From Octopus sinensis (taxonomy: Eukaryota): a stretch of 64,000 bases of DNA. A model generated the notes under the pieces. It worked only from the letters and a program-made list of their open reading frames with translations. It had not been told where the DNA came from and did not search any database. The translations under genes and the position numbers were made by a program. The DNA lies in the NCBI RefSeq assembly GCF_006345805.1, contig NC_043007.1, forward strand, positions 46,066,001 to 46,130,000, in the 5' to 3' direction. The stretch's first letter is position 1; every line of letters starts with the position of its first letter. Below, in pieces: positions 38,957 through 55,383 of this stretch.

Positions 38957-39362
38957 TTACTCTTTTACTCGTTTCAGGCATTTGACTGCGGCCATGCTGG
39001 ATCACCGCCTTTAATCGAGCAACTCGACCCTGGGACTTATTCTTTTGTAAGCCCAGTACTTATTCTATCGGTCTCTTTTGCCGAACCGCTAAGTAACGGG
39101 TACATAAACACACTAGCATCGGTTGTCAAGCAATGCTAGAGGACAAACTCAGACACACAAACACACGCACACATACACACATATATATATATATACATAT
39201 ATACGACGGGCTTCTTTCAGTTTCCGTCTACCAAATCCACTCACAAGGCCTTGGTCGGCCCGAGGCTATAGTAGAATACACTTGCCCAAGGTGCCACGCA
39301 GTGGGACTGAACCCAGAACCATGTGGTTGGTAGACAAGCTACTTACCACACAGCCACTCCTG
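38955..39362 (-). mobile_element. Full-length CORE-like SINE (third family) with internal (TA)/(CA) tract
   Basis: Minus: GGAGTGGCTGTGTGGTAAG..GGGTTCAGTCCCACTGCGTGGCACCTTGGGCAAGTG..CAGCATGGCCGCAGTCAAATG..GTAAAAGAGTAAAGA. Confidence 0.88.
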
Positions 39363-39489
39363 CGTATGTATGTATATATATATATAATATATATATATAT
39401 AGGCATGTATATATATATTATATATATATATATATACATATATATGTATATATATACACGTGTCTGTATCAATGTCTGTATGTGTGTGT

Positions 39490-39780
39490 GAAGACGGTGC
39501 ATGGTTCAGTGGTTAGGATGTTGCACTCACGATTGTAAAATCGTGGGTTCGATTAGTATACTGGGAGTTATGTTGTGTTCTTCAGCAAAGCCCTTCAGTT
39601 CACGTTGCTCTGCGATCATTTCAACATCTGACATGTAGCACACGTTACACCTGTACAGGTAATGTCTACTTGATGGAGGGAGTGAGCTTGTGTCTACACA
39701 TATATTTGGTCACTATAAACAAATCATTTTGGCGGTTGTTCGGTAAGCAATTATCGAATCCTCATACGTCGTCTGACGAT
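39490..39780 (+). mobile_element. tRNA-derived SINE (fourth type)
   Basis: TGGTTCAGTGGTTAG A box, GGGTTCGATT B box, TGTGTTCTTCAGCAAAG..TTCACGTTGCTC; partial relative at ~46045-46145. Confidence 0.65.
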
Positions 39781-39799
39781 GATGTTTATGTATGTCAAA

Positions 39800-40402
<603 letters not shown>

Positions 40403-40495
40403 ATTATATATATATTATATATATATGTATATATATGTATGTATGTATGGATATATATCTACGTATGTATGTGTGTATATATATGTTTATGTATA

Positions 40496-40534
<39 letters not shown>

Positions 40535-42440
40535 TATGTATTTGTATATATACATACATATATATGCATTGGTATATATGCAAACATACATATATATGTA
40601 TGTGTGTGTATGGAGGTGATTGATTCAGTGTATAATCCTTATCTCTGAGAGACGAGAGATATTGTAATAATCCTAAAAAAAAATTTCAGCTGTTATTGTA
40701 TGTCAGGAAAAGTACACTTGAAAATATATTTAGAAGAATATCATAAAAAAACATGCCTGGGCCATATTTGAACGAGTAATCTCGTCTATTATTCTGTTGT
40801 GTCTGGCGAGATTAATTTTTTTTTGTGCCATATAATTTAACACACTCACGGATAAAAATTTTCTGTAATGTCTTATTTTTATTTCCCTAAAATTTTCGTT
40901 ACGTCTTGCAACCTTTTCAATTGTCTTGATCCTGTCCGTTATTTACACTGCGTTCCTTTTAGTTTGTGCACATGTGTGTGGTCAATGCGTGTGTGTGCCT
41001 ATGCATGCATCTACGTATGTATGTTTGTATGTATGTGTGTATGCATGTATGCATTGTGTGTGTATGTATATGTATGTATATGTATATATGTATTCTGCAT
41101 ATTCATGTGCTTGCATGTCCGTGTTTGTGTAGTTTCTATGTATGTGTGTGTGTGAGTGTGTGTCTGTATATGTATGCACCTCTTTCTCCTTGTGCATGCA
41201 TGTGTGTGTGTGTTTTGCAACTATGTACCATGTTTGTATGTATGGATGGGCATCTCTATATTGTGGACCTGTGTCTCACTATGTGTCTTTGTGTGGAGTA
41301 AAGTGTGTGGGTATATATTGTCGTGTGTTTCAGTCTCCATTTGCGTATGTGTGGTTGTCTGTTTCATAACATATGTACCTATCCGTCTGCATCGGTTTAC
41401 TTTCATATCCATATGCTTACATACAAAAAAAAATACATGTGCATACACACACACTCGCACACTCACACCCACATGCACACATACATACATCTATCTACAT
41501 AAGTCATCTATTATTGTATTCATTTATCCACCTACCCAGCTATCCGTTTGTGCATGTGTATATATGTAAGTATGTATATATATGTGTGCTTATGTGTGTG
41601 TGAACGCACAAACAACCAAACGCACAACCATTGCACATATTATACTGACGAGTTTCTTTCAAGTGTTGTCATCTGTCAAGCACCTGAAAGACAGACTGTA
41701 TCGTTACTGAAATTAGTGAAGTGACAATAGATGCCCTAAAGGAATTGTTTGCCTGATATGACAAACTAGCTTTTGGCTGTAATGAGAAGAGAAACATATA
41801 AATGATGCGGGGAGAGGAAGGCCTTCAATTTCTTCATTAGGTATGAAAAAACAAAAAACAAAAATGCTTTAATTATCTAACATAACTGAAGATAGCAAAT
41901 TAAAAAAAAAATCAAGAATTAAAATAAGTCGATCGTAAATGCAAATTTCAATTGCAAAATGAAAATTTTTGTTAAATACATATACTCACAACACAATGGG
42001 AATTATATCGGCCAAATACGAACAAAATTATTTCTACGGATTAGTGTGAACATATTGCAAATCAAAGGATCTTCTTCATAGAAATGTTCCATGAGGTGAA
42101 CCGCTTGATATTTTATGCAAATGAAAAATTCAGAATATACTTTTTTTTCTTTTAAATAAAGAAAGGAATCCTTTTAGAATGACAAAAAGTATAGATTTTT
42201 AAAGAATACACAATCTGAAATCGACAATACATCAACTAAAGAGAGCTTCCTCTATGCATATTTCCACAATACGTATGCCCGAAGAGCTCTATACAGTGAC
42301 AACACGTATAAGTTACCAAATGTTTGTAAAATAATTAACACCCATACACACACACGCACATGCACACACAAATACACACACGCACTCAGACGTATATATA
42401 TATATATATATATAATATATATATATATATATAATATATA

Positions 42441-42484
<44 letters not shown>

Positions 42485-42572
42485 ATGTATATATCTGTGT
42501 GTTTTTGTGTGTCCATATATGTGTATGTGAATTAGACAGAAATAATGGGTTATAAACATTTATTTATTATAA

Positions 42573-42678
42573 GCCTACAGCTGTTTCAGAGTGGTGTTTG
42601 GATGCGTTCATAGTTCCATCTTATCATGATCGACTGAAAAGATTGGGAACCACTAACCTTATTTATCTACTTCAGAGC
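42573..42678 (-). ncRNA. Degenerate hammerhead-like fold
   Basis: GCT-CTGAAGT-AGA..AGTGGT..ACCACTCT-GAAAC-AGCT-GTA-GGC. Confidence 0.4.
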
Positions 42679-44133
42679 AGAAAAAAACGAACTGACAGCG
42701 AAGAAGAAAATAAGATAAAATTTGTTCAATGTAGTGTGATTTTAGTACTAGGTTATCGACCTTACACCATGGGATATTATCATTGGTATCAAGTAACGAA
42801 ACTGATAACTCTGTACCTCCTTATGGTCACTAGCACACAGTTGGCAATTACTAGAATATTTTGAAAAAATGTCAAGCGGCACTATTTACAAATATTCAAA
42901 AACCAGAGGGAAGTAGGTGAATATTTTATTTTAAACATGAAGTAACACAATATGTCTATTTGCCAAGAATATATTTAGATATAAACCGTTAACAGTAATA
43001 GCTAAAAGTAGTAATCAGTGCTTTTATGTAAACTACAACAGGTAAAGTAAAAGTAAGTCTAAGGCTACAATTTAAACGTAAATTACAGAACTAAGGTATG
43101 GTTGTTAAATTTGCAATAATAATATGGCTGAGACTTAATTCTAACAGATTGTGTTAGAGTAAATATCACAAGTACAAAGTGAAGAGAACAGAAGAAAAAC
43201 AACATCAAAAAGAAAAGTAAAAAAATCCAAAATGAAAGTAAAAATGAAAATGGAAAAATAAGGAGAGTGATATAAGAAAAATTAAATGGATATACCCTCC
43301 AATAAATGGATAGCTCTTCTCCCCTCATACCTCATGATTTTATACTACATACACGCACACACATACAAACATGCATGGGAGATCTAATGGATACAAATTA
43401 GTTTATTAATTAATCAACATAATCACCTGCATGCATGCATAATAAGCTTGTGTACATACACACATAATAAACATTTGTATATATATTCTGAGTATTCCAA
43501 ACCTATCCTAATGTAACCCTTGCATAGTCCTTTGTACACCATGATGAGTTTCTATACAAGGCATTTATAACGCAAAATTATAAATTATAAATTGTTCGTG
43601 AAATAAAGAAATAAACAATTGTTGGTGAATATGTTGATTAATTAATAAATTAATTCGCATCCCTTAGATTTCTCTCTTTTCTATCTTTATAATAATATAT
43701 ATCTATATCTATATTTTAATCTATCTAACTATTTATCTATATATGTATATATATATATATATATATACATCAGGGATGTGCTGTCTAGGTAGGCAAGGTA
43801 GGCAGTGCTTACCTTGGACAAAATATTTCGAAAACAACATTTTCCTGTCATGGCAAAATATGCAACTAATTCAATAAAATTATGAAGGTTACTCAAATAT
43901 TTTTTTTGTAGAAGAGCTATGCATAATTCACATAATACGCAGAGTACTGCTGTATTACTTGTGCTGCGTAACACTCTACAACACCTCTCTCTTTACGTGG
44001 TAGAAAGCCAAAAGGAAATTTGCCCTCATCAGTCCCATGCCTGTGTTTAGCTTATAATTTTGTTTCATACAATATAAAGGTTACCAACTGTCTACCCTGA
44101 GTAATCACTGAGGACACGTGACAGAAATATGTG

Positions 44134-44211
<78 letters not shown>

Positions 44212-44353
44212 CATGCACACTGGCGTGTGCAAACATAAACCCACATATATATTTTCATACATATATGCATACGTATGAATTATGCAGATATATATTTATA
44301 TACATACATGTATACATCTAAATATACGTATATATCTACACGCACACACGCGC

Positions 44354-44422
<69 letters not shown>

Positions 44423-45385
44423 GTATATATATACACGAACATATAAAAATACTATCCATACACACATCTGTGCGCGCGTGTGTATGTCTGTACTTACTCG
44501 TATATATTATTCATGCCTGAATGCTAATTGTCAAGTCTTGTATTGTAATTTATGCCACTATTTATGTTCATAGATGTATTCTCATCTTAACACTGAATGC
44601 AAAGATTCCTACACGAGATAAGTATTTTCAAAACATATTTCTACGTACAGCAGCCATTATTATCACCTATACATACAACATTATACATTGCTCTATTGTA
44701 GTTCCTTAGTGGAAAGAGAAGCATAGTTTCCAGCACATATGTTGATTTATGAAGGATTAAGATTGACATTGGTTAATGATATATGTGTGGGGGTGAGTGG
44801 CATTCGGTGTGTGTATATATTCGTGTGTACGTAGACGTGTACAAGCATGTGGAGACGTTCATTGCTTCATTTTAAAAGCAGAATCTGTTATTCATGCTAT
44901 ATAATACAACCATTCTTCTATGTGCATCTATATATGCGAATATGTTAGTAGTTTTCTTTAGGCTCATCGATTTCTCTTCCTGTGTCTGAATGTGTGTGTA
45001 TATATATACATATATATTAATCAAAATAAAAACATGATGCCAAGGATTCAGCGGTACATGTGTTTCGGGCCTTTATTAGACGGATTTATAACAATGCATA
45101 ATGTGTGTCTATGGCCTTCTTCAGCCGCGCACAATTACTACCTCAAGGACATGTATTACATCAATAATTCTACGTTGGGGATGCAAATCCTCTCATTCGC
45201 GTACGACATAATGCGGCAACAGCACAAAAATGAAGCGTCCATATCGTCCTTCTCTCAATGTAGAATCATTGTAGAATCAATGTAGAATATATATATACAT
45301 ATATATATATATGCCTATCATACAATTATATATATATATATATCTATATATATATCATACATATATATATATGCCTATCATACAA

Positions 45386-45424
<39 letters not shown>

Positions 45425-45623
45425 TATATATATTTATATATATAAGATAGAACGAGACACACTACATACAGAATATTCATCTTTTGCAGTTGTCCCTGTT
45501 TCATCTACTCCGCGTTTTCGAAGGTAAGGACAACTTATGTAGGTGTGTACATATATGTATGTATGTATGCATATATTTATATATTATCTATAATATATTA
45601 TATTATATTATATTATATTATTT

Positions 45624-45670
<47 letters not shown>

Positions 45671-45682
45671 TATATATATATT

Positions 45683-45889
45683 GTGACGGCGTGTGTATCG
45701 TTGGTGATTTGTTTTCCTCCGTCTTCCCTTCCTTGGATCTTTCCTTTTCCTTTGTTTCTGACGAAGAGCTCCGCTCGAAATGCTAAATCCTCCTTATTTC
45801 CTTTCCTTTCCTGGGCGTTCAATAAGACTATACTTGTTCCACATCCTAGTGTTGTTACGTTTTCTCTTTGTGTCTTCATGTTTGGGTTA

Positions 45890-45895
<6 letters not shown>
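45683..45895 (+). mobile_element. Copy of the minimal-hammerhead repeat between (TA)n tracts
   Basis: GTTTCTGACGAAGAGCTCCGCTCGAAA at 45754-45780; remainder homologous to 39800-39959 and 40198-40402. Confidence 0.78.
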
Positions 45896-45934
<39 letters not shown>

Positions 45935-46458
45935 GTATGTATGTATGTATGTATGTATGCATGTATGTATACATAAGAACGTTTATAGATATATATATAT
46001 ACACACAAACGCGTACGCACACATGCTCACATCCACATATATTCAACAATGTGGAAGTGTGTGACTCAAGATTGCAAGATCGTGTGTTCCATTCCCGGAT
46101 CAGGTGGCGCATTCTGTTCTTGAGCAGAACATTTCATTTCACGTTAGTAGAGATGCTCTATGGTATATCTTCCAGCTCTGCATATTCTAAGTTCAAATAC
46201 CACCTGTATTCCAGTATTCGTCTTAGCCCAATTCCCAGTAATCTACTTAAGGGTATCAGGGAAGGTAACGGTCTCTCCCAGATCGAATAGAGAGTAGGGG
46301 ATTAACTTCACATGTACAAGACCAAGCCAGGGAGATACCACTACTTAACTCTAGATATACGCTTATATATCATACATTTATGCACAGAGACACTCTCAAA
46401 TGCATGCACACATAAAACAGTCCTGCACACACACGAACCCCTGCCACACATATGTACA

Positions 46459-46789
46459 TAACAATTGAAGGACAAGTGTCAATCTTCTACGGCGGTTTCT
46501 GATGAATAATTTGATTGGTAAAGAAGTATATTATATCATTATAAAAAGAACCGTTTTCCTCAGATGAATACATGAATCTTAACACTCAATGGCATTTGAA
46601 AAATTGAATTCATTTATAAAATAGTAATAAAAAACCACGCTGACCTACTGATTCAATGATTCTGCCACTAGATCAGTCGGAGAAGAAAACGGTTGTTTTT
46701 TTTTTATAATGATATAGTGTATTCATTTCTTATTTAGACAATTCGCTAGAAACGGCCGTAATGGATTGACACCTGTCCTTTAATTGTTA
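46459..46789. repeat. Imperfect ~110-bp inverted repeat (foldback)
   Basis: TAACAATTGAAGGACAAGTGTCAATC..TATATCATTATAAAAAGAACCGTTTTC matches the reverse complement of ~46675-46789. Confidence 0.75.
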
Positions 46790-47559
46790 CTTTTTAATTT
46801 TTAATATTTAATTCGCTTTCGCGTGTTCTGAAGTATACTATGGACTGTATTTTTCGAATAGGCCAAGAGCGGATTATTTCCTAAGTTTCGTTAAATTCAC
46901 TGCATGCATTACCCGAATATCATTCTGTCAGTACTTCTGTACCAAAGTTGGTATTCACCTAAAAATGGTTGTGTGCGCATTTTATTTCAACCCGACTAGG
47001 TGCATCAAATTTAAGTACCTTCTTAAATTGAATATTGTTTATATTATATACGTGTATATGTGCATACATACATACACACACACACTCTGACACACATACT
47101 GTGTATGTGTGTAAGAGTGTGCGTGGGTGTACATACGCATTCAACCATACACACGAACACACGTGTGTGTGTATGTGTGTGTGTCTGCCTCTCTATAATG
47201 ACAACGTATGTGGTAGTAAGTTGAAATGTGTTAGAGGAGACAGAGAAAGATAGGGAGGTGGGATATAAAGTTTGTGATCAATAAGTGAACATCGTATTTT
47301 TAGGTAAATTGGTCGTTTATTACTTAACAGTGAAATTATACATACGCCTATTAGCTCGCATGCTCGTATTTTCTCTGTGCACTTGTAGTATGCTACATGT
47401 GTGCTATGCGCGTAAGTGCCTGCATATGCTATTGTACAGAAAGAAAATGTGGGGAGATCACGTGGTTAAGAAAACCTAGAGAGGCAGTTAAAGTGTTTTT
47501 TGATATATATACATATGAGAGCTGCGAGTGGGAGCGCAGGAGGGGTTAAGCAATAACAG

Positions 47560-48860
47560 GGGATGCTATTATTTGTACATTGAGAATGTGTTACGTAATG
47601 GGTAGTTACAATTAAAAATTAGATGGTTTCGTTCATTCAGACAAATGGTGGATTGCATTTGTTGTTATAACCAATATACGGTTTGGCATGGGTATTTATG
47701 GACCATTTTAAATTATATAGAATTGAACTTTGCCTCAGGTTATGGATTAGCCGAGATAATGACGTGCTGTTAGTTCTTACTTGGGATGAGAAAGTAGAAC
47801 GGTGGTTACCCACTCCGATCGTGAACGTGGTGCTGTAGGAGCAGATGTATACATTATTTGAATTCTTAGTTGATATCGTACGTTCGTAGACAATATTTTC
47901 TGCGAGACATCTATCATCTAAAGGACAGAAGGTGGGTTTCTACATTTGCATAGGATTATCTAGGTTCAACAAGGTGTTATAGTCATTATCCTAGGCGACA
48001 TTGTGATTGTTATTTTTTAGGGTGGTGCGGGAGTTGTTTAGGGGATGTTGTTTCTTGTGTCTAATGATATTATTCCTATCGTTGTATATTTCGGTGGTGG
48101 GTATAGCGGGGTAGTAAGGTAGGTTGAGGGTATTTGAATGAGTAATAGAATTAGAGCATGTGTTGTGACGGTCGGTATTGGCAAGGAAGTGTATGGATGT
48201 CCTAGGTTTATGAGCGGAGGAGTGAGGTGTGGGTTACGATGTTACTGTGATTAAAGTTAATTGCTGGTTTCCAATGAAATTATTTTTCAGACTTCGGATT
48301 ATACCTAGAATAGTTGTGGTGGAGTAAGTTAAATTTAATCGGTTGCGGATTGAAGATCTTTCTCAGAGAACTCGACTTAGGGAAATGTTCTTCAATAGGG
48401 GCAAAGAATAACTTGGTTACTATGTTCTGAGCATTTAGAGCAAACAGAGATGTGGGTGGAATCAGATAACGTTGCGTGTCCTGGCTCGCTTATCCCGGTT
48501 TAAGTGGACAGCCGAGTATAGCTTGGGTTATGGAGGAATGTGCTTGTGTGGAATTCAATGGATAACGGCAGATTTGGGATACAGCACAAGGTGGGATGGG
48601 TCTATTGGGTTTTCTACTATACCAAACTTTGGGTAAGAGTGGGGTGGTAGAATATGGGGGATACTTTGTGTTTTATCTGAAGGGGCGGATGTATCTGTTG
48701 TGCCAGGTTTAGTGGAGGAAGGATCGCACTATATAGAGATGAATCCAACTGTATTTCTATATCCGGCACGTTACGGGGCGCAGTTACAATATTCAGCGTA
48801 TTGCTCGAATAATTATTTATAGTCGGAGTTGCTGTCAATGCTATAACGTAGTCTTATTTT
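47560..48860 (-). pseudogene. Degenerate Penelope-like element (RT linker plus GIY-YIG)
   Basis: Minus pieces EHFPKSSSLRKIFN (~48350-48390) and PLDDRCLAENIVYERTI..VYI..NHRSTF..STSLSRLIHNLR..LKWSI..AKPY..CLNE (~47630-47925). Confidence 0.72.
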
Positions 48861-48948
48861 AATTCATATATATATATCTATACTTGCATACTTGATTCTC
48901 TCCAGCAATAGAAGTTCGCAACCAGAAAGTTACGGTTGTGTCTCTATA

Positions 48949-48990
<42 letters not shown>

Positions 48991-50654
48991 TTTCTTAACA
49001 TTATTTAAGGTGACTTTCAACACCATGCACTCTCATAACACATATATAAGTATATATGTGTGTTTTATGTGTGTGTATGCATCTTTGTGCACGTGTGTGG
49101 GTGTGTATGTGTGTGTAACAACCACATGTGTATATAAACAAACTTAAGTTTGTTTTTTAGAATCGTCGAATGTGTATGGTGTGACAGAGACAAGAAAATG
49201 AAGTTGTGAACGCAGTATCACCGTTAAAACAACAGAAAAATTAGGTTTTATTATCTTTACAAGGAGGAAAATGTTCAGAGCAAACAGCAATATAGGTATG
49301 TATGTATGTATGTATTATGTATGTATGTATGTATGTATGTATGTATGTATCTATGTATGTATGTATGTATGTGTATATGTAGGTATGTGTATGCATGTAC
49401 ACACATTTGTAGCGTAAGATATAAATTCAGAAAATCGTATGTCTATTGCAGAAAGCGCCTCTAACAGATCTGGCTAACAAACGATATAGTAGCCCAATGA
49501 GGAGAATTGCAATGCAAATTGTCCGTGCAGCTGAAAACCAGACGATCTGATCGACAAAATGATTCCATAAGGAGTATATCAAGCATAAAATGTCAGAATG
49601 TATGAATGGTGAATATAGTTATTTAACCACTTGGTATTCTTAGGCTTATTCGTGCTGTAATAATTTCGGTGTAGAATTAATTATGGTTATATGTTTTCAT
49701 TAATATGCACGTTACGTTTATACAATGCAAATGAATATTCACAAATTAATAGAAATAAAGTCATCTAGCCCATCACAAGACCGAAACATCATGGTTAAAA
49801 CCAACATTTAGTCAGATATATATACACGAAGACTTTATTGAAAGTTACTACAATGCCTTGTAAAATTTAATGTAAAACAAACAGAAATATTAAGAAAAGG
49901 ACAAATGAGAACTGATATCGGTTTTCAAGAATATCAACAAATAGCAAGTCTGGAATAACGCATAAACATGACGAAAGAAGCGAAACGACAGAAATATTGA
50001 AAACAGTTCAAACATAATTGTCAACAGGTTATATAGCAGCAGGGAAGCCAATTTATATGAACAATACTTAAATACAGCATGTAAAATGTCAGAAATGAGT
50101 GGCAAATTTAAAAGATTCGCCATGTCCGCTGACGGTGAGAGCTGTTTTGCTCGCCTGAGACAATTTTCATCAGAGCAACTTCAAAGGATAGATTCCAACA
50201 AATCCACTTGGGAAACTTTAATACCGAACGCATTAAAAATTATATTATTACGATATAGTATAATTCTTTTATTAATTCTAATTTTCTTCTCTTTTATCAT
50301 TATTTCAATAAATAATAATTTCACTTGATTATCTGTTTAGCAAACAGTGATTTCTTAAGCTTTTTTTTTTATTATTATCTCCGATTTTACTGATGTCTCT
50401 CTAGAAGAATTGACTTCTCGCATCGAATTGTTTCTCTTTTGCTTTCGATTTCTTACCAGCTATAAAATATGTAGTCTCTTTAATTCAATCAGATACTGAA
50501 GTTCTCACATGCTCCTGGTGAAATATAAGATGCTGACTGAATGAGTGCTGAAATTTAAAACTTTCTATACGAGAATATGGCTTCTCCTGAGTAACTATAT
50601 TAATTTACACAGTGTATTAAAAGTAGCTTATTTTCTCTTACTCGTTAGAAACAT

Positions 50655-50714
<60 letters not shown>

Positions 50715-50843
50715 TGTATGTATGTATGATGTATGTATGTATGTATGTACGTGTGTGTGTGATTGTGTATATATGTATGTGTGCGTTTGTATGCACATAA
50801 TGTATGTATATGTCTATTTGTTTACGCATAAAATTGTACGAAC

Positions 50844-50909
<66 letters not shown>

Positions 50910-50934
50910 TTATATGTGTATTCATATACACACA

Positions 50935-50971
<37 letters not shown>

Positions 50972-52136
50972 GTATATATATATAATATACACATATATAT
51001 ATGCATGTTTGTGTGTGGATATCTACTTCACTCATATGTGAGTTTGTTTGTCCGCATGTTTATGTGTGTAAAGCTATCAATCGTGAAGCTCTGACGGCAT
51101 TACCATTCATCAGTTGTTCACAATATCGTCTTGTTTCTCTTATGTAGTGATATATGTATGAGCTGTATATCTATGCGTCAGAGGTTATCTTAATTTCGTA
51201 CGTGCTGAGTGATTAATAGATACATCTCTATCGCTAAAACCCGACCCTGGATTTACCGGGTATATTCCTCTTCAGGAACGCACGATAACGTTATATCTAT
51301 TTAACAGCAAGATGACAGAAGCCGTAGAGAATAAAACGTTTCTTTCAGAGATAATGTTACAGAAGTTCTCTATAAGAATTTTAACACTTTAACAAGCAGT
51401 TTAGTATTCTAAATATAGTTTCTGCATTAAAAAAACGATTTTCTTTTATTTGCTGCTTCATATGTGAGCGTGTGTAAATGCGCGGGCGTATGTTTGGTTC
51501 CTCTTATTAGATATTTTCTCGAGCAGTGCCACTTAGAAAACGAAGTAACTGAGACATATCACGTGGTTTTCATTCATTCATTATTTGGCGATGTAATGCT
51601 GAAAATTTCCGAGATGAATTCCTAATGAAAAATTTCCTTGAAAATTGCTCTTCAAGCAACTAGAATCTAAAGTATGAATAAGTTTCTAGAAATCTTGAAT
51701 CCGAGAGAAATATTTTTGAGAAATATTGTCTCGAAAATTGTATTGTAAATCTAATAATTTGTATCGTAAACCTTTTTAAAATGTTGGGTCAATATCACTG
51801 AAATGAATTGTAAATACATCCACATTCAACATTCTGTTCACACTATATTGGATGAAGATTTATATTAGCCTTATTAAAAAATATACTCAGTAGCAATTGA
51901 TTGGGCGAATCACTAGAACACTTGGAAAATAGCGTGTACTATATACGAGGTTATATACCACTGGGAACAACATTCGCACGAACTAAAATACCAGTATTTA
52001 TATAAGTGATTTCTGATTTCTTATAGCAATATCGATTTTTTTCTAATCTTAGAACAGTGGTTATATAATCGTTAATTACGCGGATTTTCTTTGGGATTTT
52101 CTGCATTGTTATATAACGTAAATCAACTATTCGTAC

Positions 52137-52641
52137 ACAAGAGTCGGCTGAAAATTTCATAGGCTGACCAATACACTCTAATGGAATGTGACCAAATGAA
52201 GTTATCTTGCGATCCACAAACTTCTTCCAGCGCTGTTGCAATACTCGGATAATATTTGCGAAGAATCTTTCATCCAGATGGTCTCTGTGAAGCTGCTTTT
52301 CGGTCGAGTGTTTTTGCATGTTGGGAAGCACATGATAGTCATATGGAGACAAATCAAGAGTATAGGGAATGGGATCAACTAGTTCAAAGCCACAGTCACG
52401 CATAGCAGCCATTGAAACCCAGGACTTGTGTGCTGGAGTATTGTCCTGATGCAACAAAACAACTTTCGTCAATTTTCCTCAGCGTTTCGTCTTGATAGTC
52501 TTTCGTAACTACCTCAGCAAGTTGCCATAGTGCTCTTCATTCATGGTGTGACCATTTTCATTATAAATAAACGCAATTCTTTTGCATTCCTCAAAACTGA
52601 GACCGTTACCGTCCTTCATGAACTTTTCAGCTCACCCTTCC
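52137..52641 (-). mobile_element. Internally deleted mariner element with both TIRs
   Basis: LHQDNTPAH..GFELV..PYTLDLSPYDYHVLPNM (HDNARPH / YSPDLAPSD motifs); TIRs GTCGGCTGAAAATTTCATAGGCTGAC and CATGAACTTTTCAGCTCAC. Confidence 0.85.
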
Positions 52642-54705
52642 CTACGTATGTGCCTAATGCAATTATTTACCATTGAAAATTTAACTGAACTACAAATATC
52701 TTATACCAGCCAGATCGTGCTTTAAAAGCTCACTACTATACACTTCATCGGTTGCTTATGGGAGATAGGATTTTTATAACGTCAAAGGATATAAAACCAG
52801 TGGTAACTTACGTAGACAAATATTATAACACACATATACACGCAACCACCCCACACATACCAACACGCAGGCACACACACAAACATGCACACACACACAC
52901 ACACGCACACACACGCACGTATAAAGACGCACACTCATGTATGCACTCAAACAGACATAAAAGATGTACACATAAACACATAAGTATAAATGCGCACGCT
53001 CAGATAACAGATACGTTAGACATTTCAGCAGAATGAGAAATGAGTTTTACTAGATACAGTTTCATACGAATAATATTCAAACTGCATGCAGTGGGAACTT
53101 CAATAAACGTGATCGATATAATTTATTAAATAATTTATTGGATAAATATATAAGAAATGCAGAAGCGACAAACCTTAGTAACAAAAACTAGTAACCGGTT
53201 CTTGTTGCGGTGAAGGTGTTTCTGGGAGCAATACCAATAGAGCACAAGCTCGGGGTAGAGCCTACCACAGTCACAGAAAGGAAGCCAGATGAATATCGAC
53301 GTCCACTTTAAAGAGGTAAAACATGGATTTGTGCAGGGCCAAGTTCTCTACCTGATAAAAATCGAAGTTGCAGATTTCATGACTATTTGTAATTTGTTGA
53401 CGAAACAAAGACATGAGAGACAAGGAGAGTGGAGAAAAATCGATGGACTACGCAAAAAGCTTCAAAGAGAAAAATGAATTGAAAACATAGAATGGATATA
53501 ATTCCATTCAAAGAAGTATCTAGCCGGCTCCTCAAGAGACCCTATCAATTCTTGTCCCAAAGATTAGCATCAAGTCTTTCAGCACCTGCTATAACAGAAT
53601 TCTTCACTACGAATACTAGCTGAAGAGTAAGATTGAAAGAGGCCCAAAGTTTTACATGTCGCTGTAACTGAATATAGTGGGGAATACACGACACCACCTT
53701 ATCCTGCCAATAGCTTCCGTTTAGGCATCAGTGTAATAGATTAGATCAACTTAGTTTTTTTGAATAAGTACATCAAGGATATCTCAGGATCACTGCAACT
53801 AAATATTTAAATGAAAAAGTTATTTCTATGTAATGGAGTCTTTCATAAATGCATATCTACCTACCTACCTACCTACCTACCTACCTAACATTCACGACTC
53901 TACTGCAACGTATTATCCGATGAAAAGAGGAGTGCATATCAGCAGAAAACCATGATTGGATAAGTTAGCAGAAAACTCCTGGTGACAGTAACATTGATAA
54001 TCAAAGCAGTTTATCATGTATCAACAACCTCATTACTAACACTCTCTTTGAAAGAATATGCGAATGCTATCCTGGAACAAGAAATATCAACGCAATACCT
54101 GATACACGGAAGAGACTGAAACGCTGAAAAACCACCATAATATGATAACTAATGCAGACATTATGTAATTAGCATTAACACCATAAGCAGTTGTCCGAAA
54201 ACGTCCTCGCTGTATTATGTACCAATGAGACATGATGTAGTCAATAAACTGTATAATGAGAACCGTTTCAAGTCAAACAGATAAGAATCCACAGTATGGT
54301 AGAGGCCATAGAAATTCCAAATATGAAAGAATGGAGAATGATGAAATGTCCTAGTGATAAGCTCAATGAAATATAGACATAGGGGACCAGGCATAGTGAT
54401 TTGGGACAGGGAAGAGAAACGTTATAAAATAGTGAGAATCAGATGCCCAGCGGACGTCAACATATAGCTAAAGATTAGAGAGAAAAAGCCCGTCTACTCT
54501 GAACTGTTAAGGAATATGCAGTTACTCTACGCGTATTACAGGTTCAGGTTTATACTTGAAATGATTGGGGTAAACTGTTGGTGTTGTTGAACCTCCAACG
54601 GAAGAGCCTTGGATGCAAGTTAGAACCCAACTCTTTCTTGTTTGATACAATTTCAAATAAAACTACATAATGTACATAGAAATGTGTGTATATGTATATA
54701 AATAT

Positions 54706-54817
<112 letters not shown>

Positions 54818-54855
54818 GAAAGATAGAGAAAGAAAGAGAGATATACGTATATATA

Positions 54856-54899
<44 letters not shown>

Positions 54900-55283
54900 C
54901 ATACATACCTTCATATATTCGTGTCTATGTGTCGGTGTATGTATTGTGCATATGTATGTGTGTATGTGTGTGTATGCGTGTGTGTATATTTTCCAGTATT
55001 TAGTAATTCAGTAATTCGTATTCATTCGCAGCTATTTTTTATTATCAGAAACATTCAAATTATAAATACATGCACATGTCGCACACAATTATACGGTGTA
55101 TATTACAATCTGTATCTGTATTCATATCTATACTTATCTCTCTGTCACCCATATATCCTCTCCCTCCCTCTCTATCCCTATCTATCTAAACATCTGTAGC
55201 CATACGTACAATTACAATAAATGCATGCATACATACACATGCAGATATATATGTATGCACACACACATACATATATACATACA

Positions 55284-55331
<48 letters not shown>

Positions 55332-55335
55332 TACA

Positions 55336-55383
<48 letters not shown>

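Noticed and set aside
43770-44045. Possible hAT-type terminus (CAGGGATGTGC..)
   Set aside because: No matching second TIR or 8-bp TSD found.
53180-54400. Possible decayed LINE RT region
   Set aside because: Only faint hints (..FLNKYIKDIS..); too degenerate to call.
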